Source: a virus (Duplodnaviria; Caudoviricetes). From it: a DNA stretch of 40,711 nucleotides. The DNA lies in IMG/VR virus record IMGVR_UViG_3300037589_000063, positions 1 to 40,711 of that record; one strand, given 5' to 3'. Shown here one piece after another: positions 1 through 8,392 of the stretch. Made by a program: the position numbers and the translations under genes. The first letter of the stretch is position 1, and the number at the start of each line of letters is the position of its first letter. The notes under the pieces were generated by a model that was not told where the DNA came from, made no database searches, and worked only from the letters and a program-made list of their open reading frames with translations.

Positions 1-74
1 ACAACGCGGTGCTTGAAGCCCGCGGAACGCTTGCCCGCAAGGGCGCGCCCTTTACCTTTGATGCCGATGGCTAC

Positions 75-122
75 TGTAGCGCGCAAAATCGAATGGCGCG
101 TCGCGCAAGATCGCACGGCACT
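75..122 (+). repeat. Phage right end: terminal TG plus two tandem transposase-binding sites (R1, R2)
   Basis: GCGCAAAATCGAATGGC at 81 and GCGCAAGATCGCACGGC at 103, 22 bp apart. They match the inverted copies at the other end. Confidence 0.8.
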
Positions 123-133
123 CGATGTTCAGG

Positions 134-868
134 TCAAAACACAGAGGCGTCGACCACTCGTTTAGCTACCGGGTCATAAGCGCAAAGATAGGCTACGTGT
201 TTCCAAGCCCCGAAACCGTTCTGTAGCTTGAGCGACTTCCCAATTGCCATCAGTACCCCCTTCTCCTCATCCTGCCAGCCGGCAGGGGAGAAGGCTGGTT
301 CGGTCCAGCCATTGGTCCATTCGTAATCCCATTTTGCCAAGCTTTGGATTGCAAGTTTGCATTCGACAGCGAGATCGATCGAGGCTGCATCCCACGAGCA
401 TTTCAGATCTTTCAAGCACTGTTTACGTTCTGCAGCAGCGGCCACCCTCGCAGCCTCCTCTTCGATCTTGCGCCGTTCTGCCGCTTCCTGAGCATCTGCG
501 ACAGCCTGTGCAGCTTCTCTTTCAGCACGGGCGGCAGCTTCGGAAGCCAGTTTCTCCTTCTCTGCCTGCTCTGCCGCCAAGATGTCAGCTTTGTACTTCC
601 GCCACGCCTCTCCATCGCCGATGTCGACCTTAATAGCCTCCCTATATTCGCTAGTGCTCTCGAAACCGGCCGCTGCGGCCAGTTGCATGTGCCGCTGTTC
701 AGAAAGATACCCAGCCCCGGCCACAAACCCGAGGAGGAGAGCGAAGCTTGCGAAGAAACGGCGGCGAAACCCGCGAGTGCGATCGGGAGCGCAGAAGATC
801 CACCGGAAGAAATACCAGAAGGTGGGCAAGAGCATCAGAAGCATGCCAAGGCTGAGAATGAGTTCCAT
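134..868 (-). CDS. Membrane-anchored moron protein: two N-terminal TM helices, Ala/Glu coiled coil, Cys-containing C-terminal domain; function unknown
   Basis: 244-aa ORF with hydrophobic segments at about aa 3-25 and 38-55. It is the last gene before the right end and has its own promoter-like sequence. Confidence 0.75.
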   Translation of the reverse strand: MELILSLGMLLMLLPTFWYFFRWIFCAPDRTRGFRRRFFASFALLLGFVAGAGYLSEQRHMQLAAAAGFESTSEYREAIKVDIGDGEAWRKYKADILAAEQAEKEKLASEAAARAEREAAQAVADAQEAAERRKIEEEAARVAAAAERKQCLKDLKCSWDAASIDLAVECKLAIQSLAKWDYEWTNGWTEPAFSPAGWQDEEKGVLMAIGKSLKLQNGFGAWKHVAYLCAYDPVAKRVVDASVF

Positions 869-912
869 GATGATGCCCCGCTGACCAGAGTTGAATGGTG
901 TGTGCTAAGTTG

Positions 913-940
913 AATATCGACGGGCGTATCGAGGCGTCAA
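913..940 (-). promoter_or_regulatory. Putative sigma70 promoter for the moron gene
   Basis: Minus strand reads TTGACG-N16-GATATT in the 869-945 intergenic region. Confidence 0.45.
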
Positions 941-945
941 TCGTT

Positions 946-1749
946 TCAGCCCGATATTATCACTTCCCTGACCTTCTTCCCCGCTCCGCCTGAGATCGAA
1001 TAGGTGCAATCGACGACCTCGATGGTGAAACTTTCGAAGATCTCACGCACCTCTGGAAGGTCGTTCAAGGACAGTATGAAGCTGCCTCGAAGGCCTTTCA
1101 AAGCCGCCGCCATGTCAACAAAATCCAGCCGAGAGAACTGTCCCGCACCATAGTCGCCCTCGTTCCCGTAGTAAGGCGGGTCGAGGTAGAACAGCATGCC
1201 GGGCCGGTCCCAGCGTTTGAGCAAGTCACTCCAGTCGAGTTGCTCGATGACAACGCCGGCCATGCGCTCGTGGATGTCTTCGAGCACCGGCCCGAGGCGG
1301 GTCACGTTGAAGCGGCCACCTCCGTCCTTGTCGACACCGAAACTCCGGCCGGTGACCTTGCCGCCAAAGGTCAGACGCTGGAGATAGAGAAACCGGGCCG
1401 CGCGTTCGAGATCGGTCAGAGTCGATGGATCGGAAGCGACCAGGCGTTGGAATTCGCGCCGCGACGTGATCTGGAACTTGAGCGTTTCCATGAACTGCGG
1501 ATAGTGGCGCTGCAGGATCCGGAAGAGATTGGCGACCTCACCGTTCTTGTCGTTGATCACCTCGGTCCTGGGCTTGTGGGTTCGCCTCAGGAACACACCG
1601 CCCATGCCGACGAACGGTTCTGCATAGCCGGTGTGAGGCGTCGCATTGATCCGTTCGATGATGGCCTTCGCGAGGATGCGCTTTCCGCCGATATAGGCTG
1701 CGGGCGGCGATACAGGGTGGACAGGCAAGGTTTCGTTGTCTTTTGGCAT
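946..1749 (-). CDS. dam: DNA adenine methyltransferase, D12/Dam class
   Basis: YIGGK N-terminus, motif I (EPFVGMGGV), IND, and motif IV DPPY. Occupies the position of Mu mom. Confidence 0.92.
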   Translation of the reverse strand: MPKDNETLPVHPVSPPAAYIGGKRILAKAIIERINATPHTGYAEPFVGMGGVFLRRTHKPRTEVINDKNGEVANLFRILQRHYPQFMETLKFQITSRREFQRLVASDPSTLTDLERAARFLYLQRLTFGGKVTGRSFGVDKDGGGRFNVTRLGPVLEDIHERMAGVVIEQLDWSDLLKRWDRPGMLFYLDPPYYGNEGDYGAGQFSRLDFVDMAAALKGLRGSFILSLNDLPEVREIFESFTIEVVDCTYSISGGAGKKVREVIISG

Positions 1750-1783
1750 TTCGCGCCTTCGGGGAATCAGTCACCGTGGCCAT

Positions 1784-1889
1784 GCTTGCGAAAGCGAGCC
1801 GGGTGAGATGTTATCTATGAGCGCATCTGACGGGGAGAGCCGCAAACTATACCCGTCGCTTGGAGCGTTTACGCGCTCCGGCCGCCCGG
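1784..1889 (+). ncRNA. Putative structured RNA (GAAA-tetraloop hairpin plus 4-way cloverleaf) in the leader region of the D12 MTase gene; possibly related to the D12-methyl RNA motif
   Basis: Stems: GCTTGC-GAAA-GCGAGC (1784-1799); CCGGGTG/CGCCCGG (1799-1805/1883-1889); AGATG/CATCT (1806-1828); GACGGG/CCCGTC (1829-1857); TGGAGCG/CGCTCCG (1861-1880). G-U pairs and the GNRA loop favour the + strand. Confidence 0.6.
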
Positions 1890-1898
1890 AAGCTCCGG

Positions 1899-2600
1899 CT
1901 AGCCTGAATTCACATTCTGCAACGCCTCCATCACAGCAAGCCGCTCCAGGCGGTCCATCCGGGCGATCTTCCCGGCCCAGCGTTCCTTCTTTCGTTTGAT
2001 GCGCTCACGCTCCCTGAAGCCGTCTCCCAGGTGCGCGTAATCGTGCAACTGGCTGGGCGGTGCAAAGTTCATCCAGAGGCTTTCATTGACCATGCCACGC
2101 CGAGTGCTGGCCTGATAATCAACCCGATGCCAGAGCTTGAGCGCATCGTCGTACAGTGCCGACCGGTAGCCCGAGATCATCACCATGCAGCGCGCGCCCA
2201 GGAGCATCTCCAGAAGCGTTTCGTGCTCTTGGTCCGAGAGCTCGTGCTCATAGAGTTCGCCGCTCCTGCGGGTTTCCATCAAATAAGGCGGATCGGCATA
2301 GACGAGGGTGTCGGGCCGATCGATCAGCCGTGAGTCGGCGAGCATGGTGTCCAGCCCCGGCAAAAGTTCAAGGGCGTCGTTCTGAAACAGGCTGGTGACG
2401 GACTGGTCGACGCCCAGTTCCAGACACAGCGATATCGCCTCGCCGCTCTTGTCGATGCCCACGTTCCGTTCTGCCGAACGTTTGTTCCGCAGCACCGCGC
2501 CCGAGCCGAGGAACGGCTCGATGTACACCTTGTGCGGCGGCATGTAGTTGATGATCCGCTGGTAGGCTCCCGAGCCGTTCTTGCCACCGGGCCAGGTCAT
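1899..2600 (-). CDS. Second DNA adenine methyltransferase, short D12-like
   Basis: WPGGK N-terminus, YIEPFLGSGAV (motif I), YADPPY (motif IV), and ESLWMNF. Confidence 0.88.
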   Translation of the reverse strand: MTWPGGKNGSGAYQRIINYMPPHKVYIEPFLGSGAVLRNKRSAERNVGIDKSGEAISLCLELGVDQSVTSLFQNDALELLPGLDTMLADSRLIDRPDTLVYADPPYLMETRRSGELYEHELSDQEHETLLEMLLGARCMVMISGYRSALYDDALKLWHRVDYQASTRRGMVNESLWMNFAPPSQLHDYAHLGDGFRERERIKRKKERWAGKIARMDRLERLAVMEALQNVNSG

Positions 2601-2833
2601 GTCTTTGACACTCGGCCGACATCGCCGGATATGGCGAGATCGGAATCGGACACCGTCGAACCCGGCGCTGCGATGGTGCCGAGCGGCACTTCGACCCGTC
2701 GACCACAGCGCCCGCAGATCAGCGTCAGGTTCAAGAGTTTCGAACCCATTTTCAGGCCGGACCAGTCATCAAACACATGTCCGCCTGACAATTCACAGAT
2801 CGCGCGGCGAAGGCACCGCCAGAGTTTCCACAT
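2597..2833 (-). CDS. Small Cys/His protein, DUF1660-like Zn-binding prophage protein
   Basis: Re-called start MWKLWRC at 2833, just after the upstream stop. Contains ICELSGGH...ICGRCG and overlaps the MTase start (ATGA). Confidence 0.5.
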   Translation of the reverse strand: MWKLWRCLRRAICELSGGHVFDDWSGLKMGSKLLNLTLICGRCGRRVEVPLGTIAAPGSTVSDSDLAISGDVGRVSKT

Positions 2834-2837
2834 CAGC

Positions 2838-3431
2838 TCACGCCAACCCGTGCTGAACAGCCAGCGCGGTCGCCTGTGCCTTGAGTGCATCAAGCGTCGC
2901 CGGCATATCGGCCACGTCCTCGACCGCCTCGATAGCTGCCAGCGCTGTGTCGCGCATGATCTCGACGGCTGCGGAGATCGCGGCGAATTCATCGGCCTTG
3001 GCGGCAATCGCTTCGGCTCGGGCGACGGTCTGGGCCGTAGTTTCGCCGGATGCCGTGGCCAGTGCCTTGATGACGGTGGTCGCGGCAATGGCGGCGGCCT
3101 TGTCGCCGGCGGCGATGATGGCGCGGGCCTCGGCTTCGCGCTTGTCCCATCCGGCGCGCTCGGCTTCGGGATATTTCGACAGGATGGGCGCGGTGAAGGT
3201 GTTGGCGCGGTCGATGATTGCCGTGCGGGCCCTGGCCTTGGCATGCTCCAGCATCTGACCCGGAAGGGTCTCGGGGTCAGCCAGCTCGGCAAACACCGCT
3301 GCATGCTCGTCCGGCACGGTCAGGATGCCGGTTTCGTTGTCGTAGACCGCACCGGAGAACACGGCTTCCTGTGGCGCACGCGCCATCACGAAGCCCACTT
3401 CGTCGAGTGTGAGCAGAAAATCTTGTGCCAT
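2838..3431 (-). CDS. Tail fibre assembly/chaperone-like protein
   Basis: Directly follows the tail fibre gene. Ala-rich helical protein with a YP.AER.GW..REAEAR motif typical of fibre-associated proteins. Confidence 0.65.
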   Translation of the reverse strand: MAQDFLLTLDEVGFVMARAPQEAVFSGAVYDNETGILTVPDEHAAVFAELADPETLPGQMLEHAKARARTAIIDRANTFTAPILSKYPEAERAGWDKREAEARAIIAAGDKAAAIAATTVIKALATASGETTAQTVARAEAIAAKADEFAAISAAVEIMRDTALAAIEAVEDVADMPATLDALKAQATALAVQHGLA

Positions 3432-3433
3432 GA

Positions 3434-4417
3434 TCAGGCTCCCAACCGTGTGAGTGTCATTCGCGCGCTCAGGTTTGCGCTGCCGCCGCCATTGATGATC
3501 TGCCGGAGCTGGAAATAGAGCGTGTCGCCTGCGGCAAACCGGTGGGTGGCCGAGCGCCCCATGATGGCAGCCTGGCTGCCGTTCTTGTCCCCGCCTGCCA
3601 CAGGATAGACCGCTACGTTCGAGCCTGTCGTCAGCGCGTTCATCTGCACCTCGACGCCGGCATTGAACGACGTCGCCGTGATGCTGATGGAATAAAGACC
3701 GGCCGATTGCGCGTCGAAGGTGACCGCGCTGGCACCAATGGCGAGCCCAGGAATGTCATTGGAAACCTGCGCCAGATTGGTGAGGCTGGTCAAAGTTGAC
3801 CAGGCATAGGGTGCCGATGGGCTGGAAATGACTGCGACCGGTGCGACCCGGTTCTTGAGCGCAAGCGGGCTGATGAAGACATTGTCGAGTTCACCCTCCG
3901 ACACCTCTGTGGGTGTTGCGGGGAATGACGGACCGGCATAGTCCGCGGTCGCGAGCCAAGGCACCCACGCCGGCACGCCAAGGGTATGATCCCAGCGCCA
4001 ATCCGTCCGGTCGGCAAACCCGACATGCATCCACGGCTTTGGCGGAATGAAGGCCCAAGCGCCAAGCCAGAGTGCGATCTTGTCTTCCTGGCCGACCCAT
4101 GCCCCTGTCGGTACTTCACCGACGATGTAGCGGTCGCCAACCGCCGGAGCACCCGGTGGGTCGTTGCGGCGGTCGGTGACGGAGAAATATCCGTCCGCCA
4201 TCTGGGTGAACCTGATCGCCTGCCAGAGCAGCGACCAGTTGTCGACATCGAGCGCGAGCCCCGCCTCCTCGATGACCTTGAGGATGTTTTCCTGAACGGC
4301 ATTGAGCCATTCGTCGGTGACCTCCGTTCCTTCGGTCCCCGTCGGCAAGTCCTCGCTGCGAAACCCGCGACGGCCGCCGCCGATGTCGATTGTGCCGGCT
4401 CCATTGATACGATCCAT
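3434..4417 (-). CDS. Tail fibre / receptor-binding protein: Mu gp49-like N-terminus, DUF2793-like domain, beta-rich C-terminus
   Basis: Start MDRI at 4417 (TGATG overlap). GTEVTDEWLNAVQE N-terminal motif; PPGAPAVGDRYIV...PTGAW.G..DKIA.W.GAWAF. Confidence 0.8.
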   Translation of the reverse strand: MDRINGAGTIDIGGGRRGFRSEDLPTGTEGTEVTDEWLNAVQENILKVIEEAGLALDVDNWSLLWQAIRFTQMADGYFSVTDRRNDPPGAPAVGDRYIVGEVPTGAWVGQEDKIALWLGAWAFIPPKPWMHVGFADRTDWRWDHTLGVPAWVPWLATADYAGPSFPATPTEVSEGELDNVFISPLALKNRVAPVAVISSPSAPYAWSTLTSLTNLAQVSNDIPGLAIGASAVTFDAQSAGLYSISITATSFNAGVEVQMNALTTGSNVAVYPVAGGDKNGSQAAIMGRSATHRFAAGDTLYFQLRQIINGGGSANLSARMTLTRLGA

Positions 4418-5016
4418 CAGGCTTCTCCATAAGCAAAGACGACATGGGTGTGGGCGGGCTTGATGCGCCGCAGTTCGCATTCGATCGAGGACAGCTCGAA
4501 CGTGCCGAGAAAATGCCCCGCGCGGCTCACACCCGCCCGGAACCTGACCACCGAGATCAGTCCCGGAATGTTCACGCGCCAGACGAACTGGCAGCCCTCC
4601 GGCCGGAGCCTCTGACCGGCATGAAGCACTCCGGCCCTGGATGGCCAGAACTCCTCGATCGTGACATCAACGCCAAGATTGGCCGCAATCCGGATCATGT
4701 AGGGGATCGACTGACCACCCGTCGCGGTCCAGCGTTGATGCGCCAGGCGCTGGCGCTGCTCGACAGTCCGGGCATCGAGATCCCGCCCGCACGGATCAGG
4801 CCCCAGGCACCGCTCGAAATCCGGCAGGAGCTTGTCGGCCGTGCGCGGATCGGTTTCCAGCATCAACGCTTCTGCATCCGCCTCAACCTGGGCGATGGCG
4901 CTGGCGTTGGCTTCCAGGATGGCGTCGATCACACCTCCCCTGCGGCCCAGGCCCCAGCCGTTGGGCAGACGCTGGACAAGGCTTTGGAGGATTGCCGCAA
5001 CAGACCTGGCCATCAC
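4417..5016 (-). CDS. Baseplate protein gp48 (YmfQ/DUF2313 family)
   Basis: LP.G..W, ETDPRTA..LLPDFER.LG, GGQS..Y and LRRIKPAHT.V.F.Y motifs; synteny. Confidence 0.9.
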   Translation of the reverse strand: MMARSVAAILQSLVQRLPNGWGLGRRGGVIDAILEANASAIAQVEADAEALMLETDPRTADKLLPDFERCLGPDPCGRDLDARTVEQRQRLAHQRWTATGGQSIPYMIRIAANLGVDVTIEEFWPSRAGVLHAGQRLRPEGCQFVWRVNIPGLISVVRFRAGVSRAGHFLGTFELSSIECELRRIKPAHTHVVFAYGEA

Positions 5017-6155
5017 ACACCCTCGAAGGTGATAGCGCCCGCAACAGGGTACTGGGTCGGGTCAAGCGTGAACGGCGCGGCCGGCGATATGAGATCGTGG
5101 GCGTATTCGCCGCTCGCCGCCGAGATGGCTTCGCTGATGCGCGACGGCTCTATGGTCGCGCCGATCGGCGAGGCGTTGACGGTGTCCTCCTCGTCCCCGA
5201 TGGTCGCGATGAAACGGGCGTAGGCGTCAGTGACGGCCGCTCGGGTGGCTGCCGTGTCCGGCCGCAGCCGCAAGGTCAGCGGAATGCTGGACAACTCGCC
5301 GGCAACCACGACCGAGCGAGCGGTCACCGGCCTGACGCCGGACTGGCTTCCAGGTTGTCCCAGATGGTCCTGGATGGCCGCGATCTCCTCGACGGTCGGC
5401 ACACGGGCCGATCCGTCGCTGCTCTTCATGATCACGACAACACCCACCGAGCCGCGGCCGATCCAGTCGGCGATCACGGCAACCGCCTTGACGGATGCAA
5501 CCTCAGTCACCCAGACCGGATAATCGAACCCGGCACCGCCATGGGCGGGCTGGCGGATACGCTGCAGATAGGCCGCCTTGATTTCATCAGGCGTCTGCGC
5601 ATCCGCTCCACCCTCGAACGCGCTGTCCACCGTGACCTTGGAGATCGCGGGATAGGCAACGACGGTTGCGAGCTGGACGCCGCTTGCCAGATTGCCGGCG
5701 CTGCCCGCCACATTTGCGATCGCTGCAACCGAGACCGAACCGCCGATGCCGATCGTGGCCGTGGCGGTGGTTGTGTAGAGAACCGCGTTGCTGGCTGCGA
5801 GCTCGATGCCGGCGGGGAGCGGCTCTCCGGCCGTTCCTTCGATCAGCACGGTGCCGATCGCGGCAATGGCCTGCCGCTGGCCGGTTCCCCAGATGTTGGC
5901 ATGACGCAGGATCATTGCCTCGTCGTCGGCGCTGTCCGGCATGTATTGCCGGCCCCACCAGGCCTGATGATCATGCACGGTACGGATCTCGGCCGAGACC
6001 GCCGAACCGATCTGCGCATGAACGCCATGATCCGAACGCACCGCCCGCGAAACCGCCCGAGGATCGATGTCCGGGCGGATACGAAGGATGGCCGTTTCGA
6101 GGGAAGCGGCTATCCGGGCAGCAATGGTCTTGGCGGAGGGGATGGGCCAGGGCAT
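5013..6155 (-). CDS. Baseplate J-like protein gp47
   Basis: Start MPWPIP at 6155. PDSADDE...HA..WG, GGAD, and PAHGGA..DY..W motifs. Confidence 0.92.
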   Translation of the reverse strand: MPWPIPSAKTIAARIAASLETAILRIRPDIDPRAVSRAVRSDHGVHAQIGSAVSAEIRTVHDHQAWWGRQYMPDSADDEAMILRHANIWGTGQRQAIAAIGTVLIEGTAGEPLPAGIELAASNAVLYTTTATATIGIGGSVSVAAIANVAGSAGNLASGVQLATVVAYPAISKVTVDSAFEGGADAQTPDEIKAAYLQRIRQPAHGGAGFDYPVWVTEVASVKAVAVIADWIGRGSVGVVVIMKSSDGSARVPTVEEIAAIQDHLGQPGSQSGVRPVTARSVVVAGELSSIPLTLRLRPDTAATRAAVTDAYARFIATIGDEEDTVNASPIGATIEPSRISEAISAASGEYAHDLISPAAPFTLDPTQYPVAGAITFEGV

Positions 6156-6156
6156 G

Positions 6157-6618
6157 TCAGGCTTCCAGCGTTCGGGAAAGGGAAACACTGCTGTCGGCGA
6201 CCATCACCCGGTATCCAAGCGTTCCCGGACGAAGCCATTCGACCTCGATCTGGGCCGGTTCACCGGTTTCCGTCTCGGCCCAGGCGAGCGCTTCCCCAAG
6301 CCAGAACGCACACATCAGCCGGGTGGTCTCGGTTTCCTTGGCGCGGCTGAGAAGCCAGAGCTTCGAGCCCGTCCGGTCACCCTGGAGCCCGAGACCGTCG
6401 GCAACCGCTCCACGGCGTTCCGAGAAGCTTGAAGGGGTCAGGAATTGCGAGCGGCCGTCCGGCAGTGGATCATCGGGAGCCGCGCGCCGATCAAGCCCCA
6501 CCGACATGAGAATGGCGGGTATGGGCGTTTCATCGACCACCAGATCGCCGTCATCGCCCAGCACCAGGTCACACCGGCGCGTCTTGCTGTCATACTCAAG
6601 GGCGAGATCGTAGAACAT
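6157..6618 (-). CDS. Baseplate protein gp46
   Basis: DRRA..DD.LP and GSKLWLLSRAK...EALAW motifs. Confidence 0.9.
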   Translation of the reverse strand: MFYDLALEYDSKTRRCDLVLGDDGDLVVDETPIPAILMSVGLDRRAAPDDPLPDGRSQFLTPSSFSERRGAVADGLGLQGDRTGSKLWLLSRAKETETTRLMCAFWLGEALAWAETETGEPAQIEVEWLRPGTLGYRVMVADSSVSLSRTLEA

Positions 6619-6624
6619 GCCGCG

Positions 6625-6671
6625 AAGCTATCGCGCGCGCGCGGACCTGGTCATGCCCGCCGGCGCGGGCA
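6625..6671 (-). promoter_or_regulatory. Late promoter: C/Mor-type dyad plus -10 (TAGCTT) upstream of gp46
   Basis: ATGCCCGC-cggc-GCGGGCA at 6653-6671, 22 bp from AAGCTA at 6625-6630. One of four copies. Confidence 0.75.
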
Positions 6672-6674
6672 CCG

Positions 6675-7190
6675 TCAGACCGGCACGTCGGTTTCGCTCG
6701 CACCGGGCGTCACGCCGCCATGGGTGTGAGTATCGCCGATGTCCTTGCCATTGTGGCGCACATAGCCGCCAGTGATATCGACGCCGGCAGGAGAGACGGT
6801 AAAGACCACGCCGCCAACCGAGGCCTGGAGTGCGGCTCCGGCCGCGATCTCTACAGTGCCGTCCCGCCTGACGATGACCTTGTCGCCGCTTTCGTTGTAA
6901 ACGCCGGCATCGCCCGGATTGAGCCCGCCCATCCTCTTCCAGGGATTGCCCGCCGGGAGCGCAACGAGGTCGCCTTCATCCCCACCAACGGCCAGCAACA
7001 CGACAAGGCCGCCATCCTCGGGCGGGTTTGCCGCCATTCCATAGGGGTGCATGATCTCGACGTCGTCGCGCCAGATGCCGTCAGCCACCTCGACCGAGGC
7101 CGTCTGGGTCTCGCCATCGTCCTTGACGTTCCTGATGGTGGCGCGCCGGACCATCCCGCGCATCTTGTCAGCTACTTCCTTTTCCATCAC
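6675..7190 (-). CDS. Baseplate spike gp45
   Basis: HPYG...NPP, GGD, GDAGVY, and C-terminal HTHGGV..G metal-binding tip motif. Confidence 0.92.
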   Translation of the reverse strand: MMEKEVADKMRGMVRRATIRNVKDDGETQTASVEVADGIWRDDVEIMHPYGMAANPPEDGGLVVLLAVGGDEGDLVALPAGNPWKRMGGLNPGDAGVYNESGDKVIVRRDGTVEIAAGAALQASVGGVVFTVSPAGVDITGGYVRHNGKDIGDTHTHGGVTPGASETDVPV

Positions 7191-8392
7191 AGGGCCTCCG
7201 CCGTTCCATCCAGGGCACCATTGCCGCTCTTTGCCTTTTTGCCCGCCTTGTTGCGGCGGCGATTGCCCGCCGGTGCCTTGTCAAAGGCTTCCGGGCTGAT
7301 GATCGTGATGTCCGTTTCCCTGCCGGCCTCGTCCTCGCGGTACGCCACCTTCGAGATAAGCATGTCGCGTTCGATGTCGAGATAGGCATCGGAGACCGTG
7401 GCCATCTGGTTGACCTGCCAGAGCCTGCCGCCGACATCGAACCCCTTGACCGTATGGGTGACCTCCTCGCTCTCCGCTCGCGACGTCCGCATCCGCCAGT
7501 CCGCCTCATCTGCCGCCGATACATTGTCGGCCTTCGAGCGGGCCAGATGAACAACGGGCCGATGGCGCGTGATCTCGCTGTCCTTCGCCCGGCCGGTCGC
7601 CGCTGTTCCCTTTCGCTCTCGCTCAGTGGCGGAGCCATCGCCGGCGGCGCGCTCCTCCGGCGCTAGCGGCTCGGCTGTGGCGTCCAGTTTGGCCGAACCA
7701 CGCTTCTTGCCGGCCTTCTCGCCCTGGCCGCGCACAATGGTCTCGCTGTGACGTCCTTCATGACTGAAGGTCGCGCTCGATCGAAGCACATTGCCTGGCA
7801 GTTTGAGATCGGCCGGCGCGCGGGTCTTGCCAGTCCGGGTGATGACGATGCCGCCGACTCCGTCCGACAGGATCAGCGCGTGCCGGGATCTCGCACCCTT
7901 CTCGATCGCGGAGAAAGCGGTCTCGGCCAGGTCGAGGGAATACCGGTCGAATGGTTCGCCGGTATCAATCTCGCTGCGCACCGACAGGCCGTAAGGTGCT
8001 GCGATTCGCCTGGCCGCGTCCTCGAGCCTGACATTCTTGAACTCGGCCGGGCCATCGGTCATGGCGGCGCTGTCGATCAGGTCGCCGGCCTTGTCCCGGC
8101 CGGAGATCGTCACGCTTGCCTCGCGATCGGCAATGTCGGGGCTGACCTTGTCGATCCAGCCCTTGAGAACGAGTTGACCGTTGATCAGGATCTCGACAGC
8201 CGGGCCGGGCCGGAGTTTGTAGGGCGCGCCGCGCGAGGCATATCGCAGGGCCTTGGCCGAGCGGTACCGGTCACGGAAGGTGAAGCTGAAGCTGCCGGAG
8301 AAGTCCTTGAGATCGCGGCTGACCTCGGCGCTGATCCATTGATCATAGACCACGCCGTCGATCCTGAGCGTGATGGCCCTGCCTTGCGACAT
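7187..8392 (-). CDS. Baseplate hub gp44 (Mu P)
   Basis: W....VSR, G.IDK, ISGRDKAGDLID, and LWQVNQ motifs; synteny. Confidence 0.9.
   Translation of the reverse strand: MSQGRAITLRIDGVVYDQWISAEVSRDLKDFSGSFSFTFRDRYRSAKALRYASRGAPYKLRPGPAVEILINGQLVLKGWIDKVSPDIADREASVTISGRDKAGDLIDSAAMTDGPAEFKNVRLEDAARRIAAPYGLSVRSEIDTGEPFDRYSLDLAETAFSAIEKGARSRHALILSDGVGGIVITRTGKTRAPADLKLPGNVLRSSATFSHEGRHSETIVRGQGEKAGKKRGSAKLDATAEPLAPEERAAGDGSATERERKGTAATGRAKDSEITRHRPVVHLARSKADNVSAADEADWRMRTSRAESEEVTHTVKGFDVGGRLWQVNQMATVSDAYLDIERDMLISKVAYREDEAGRETDITIISPEAFDKAPAGNRRRNKAGKKAKSGNGALDGTAEAL

Noticed and set aside
31-77. Near-match to the late-promoter dyad (TGCCCGC-aagg-GCGCGCC) with TACTGT downstream
   Set aside because: Lies outside the phage end at 75, has a mismatch and 21-bp rather than 22-bp spacing; probably chance.
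2597-2833. Com translational activator
   Set aside because: Only one CxxC pair plus a C-x5-H motif, not the two CxxC pairs of Com.
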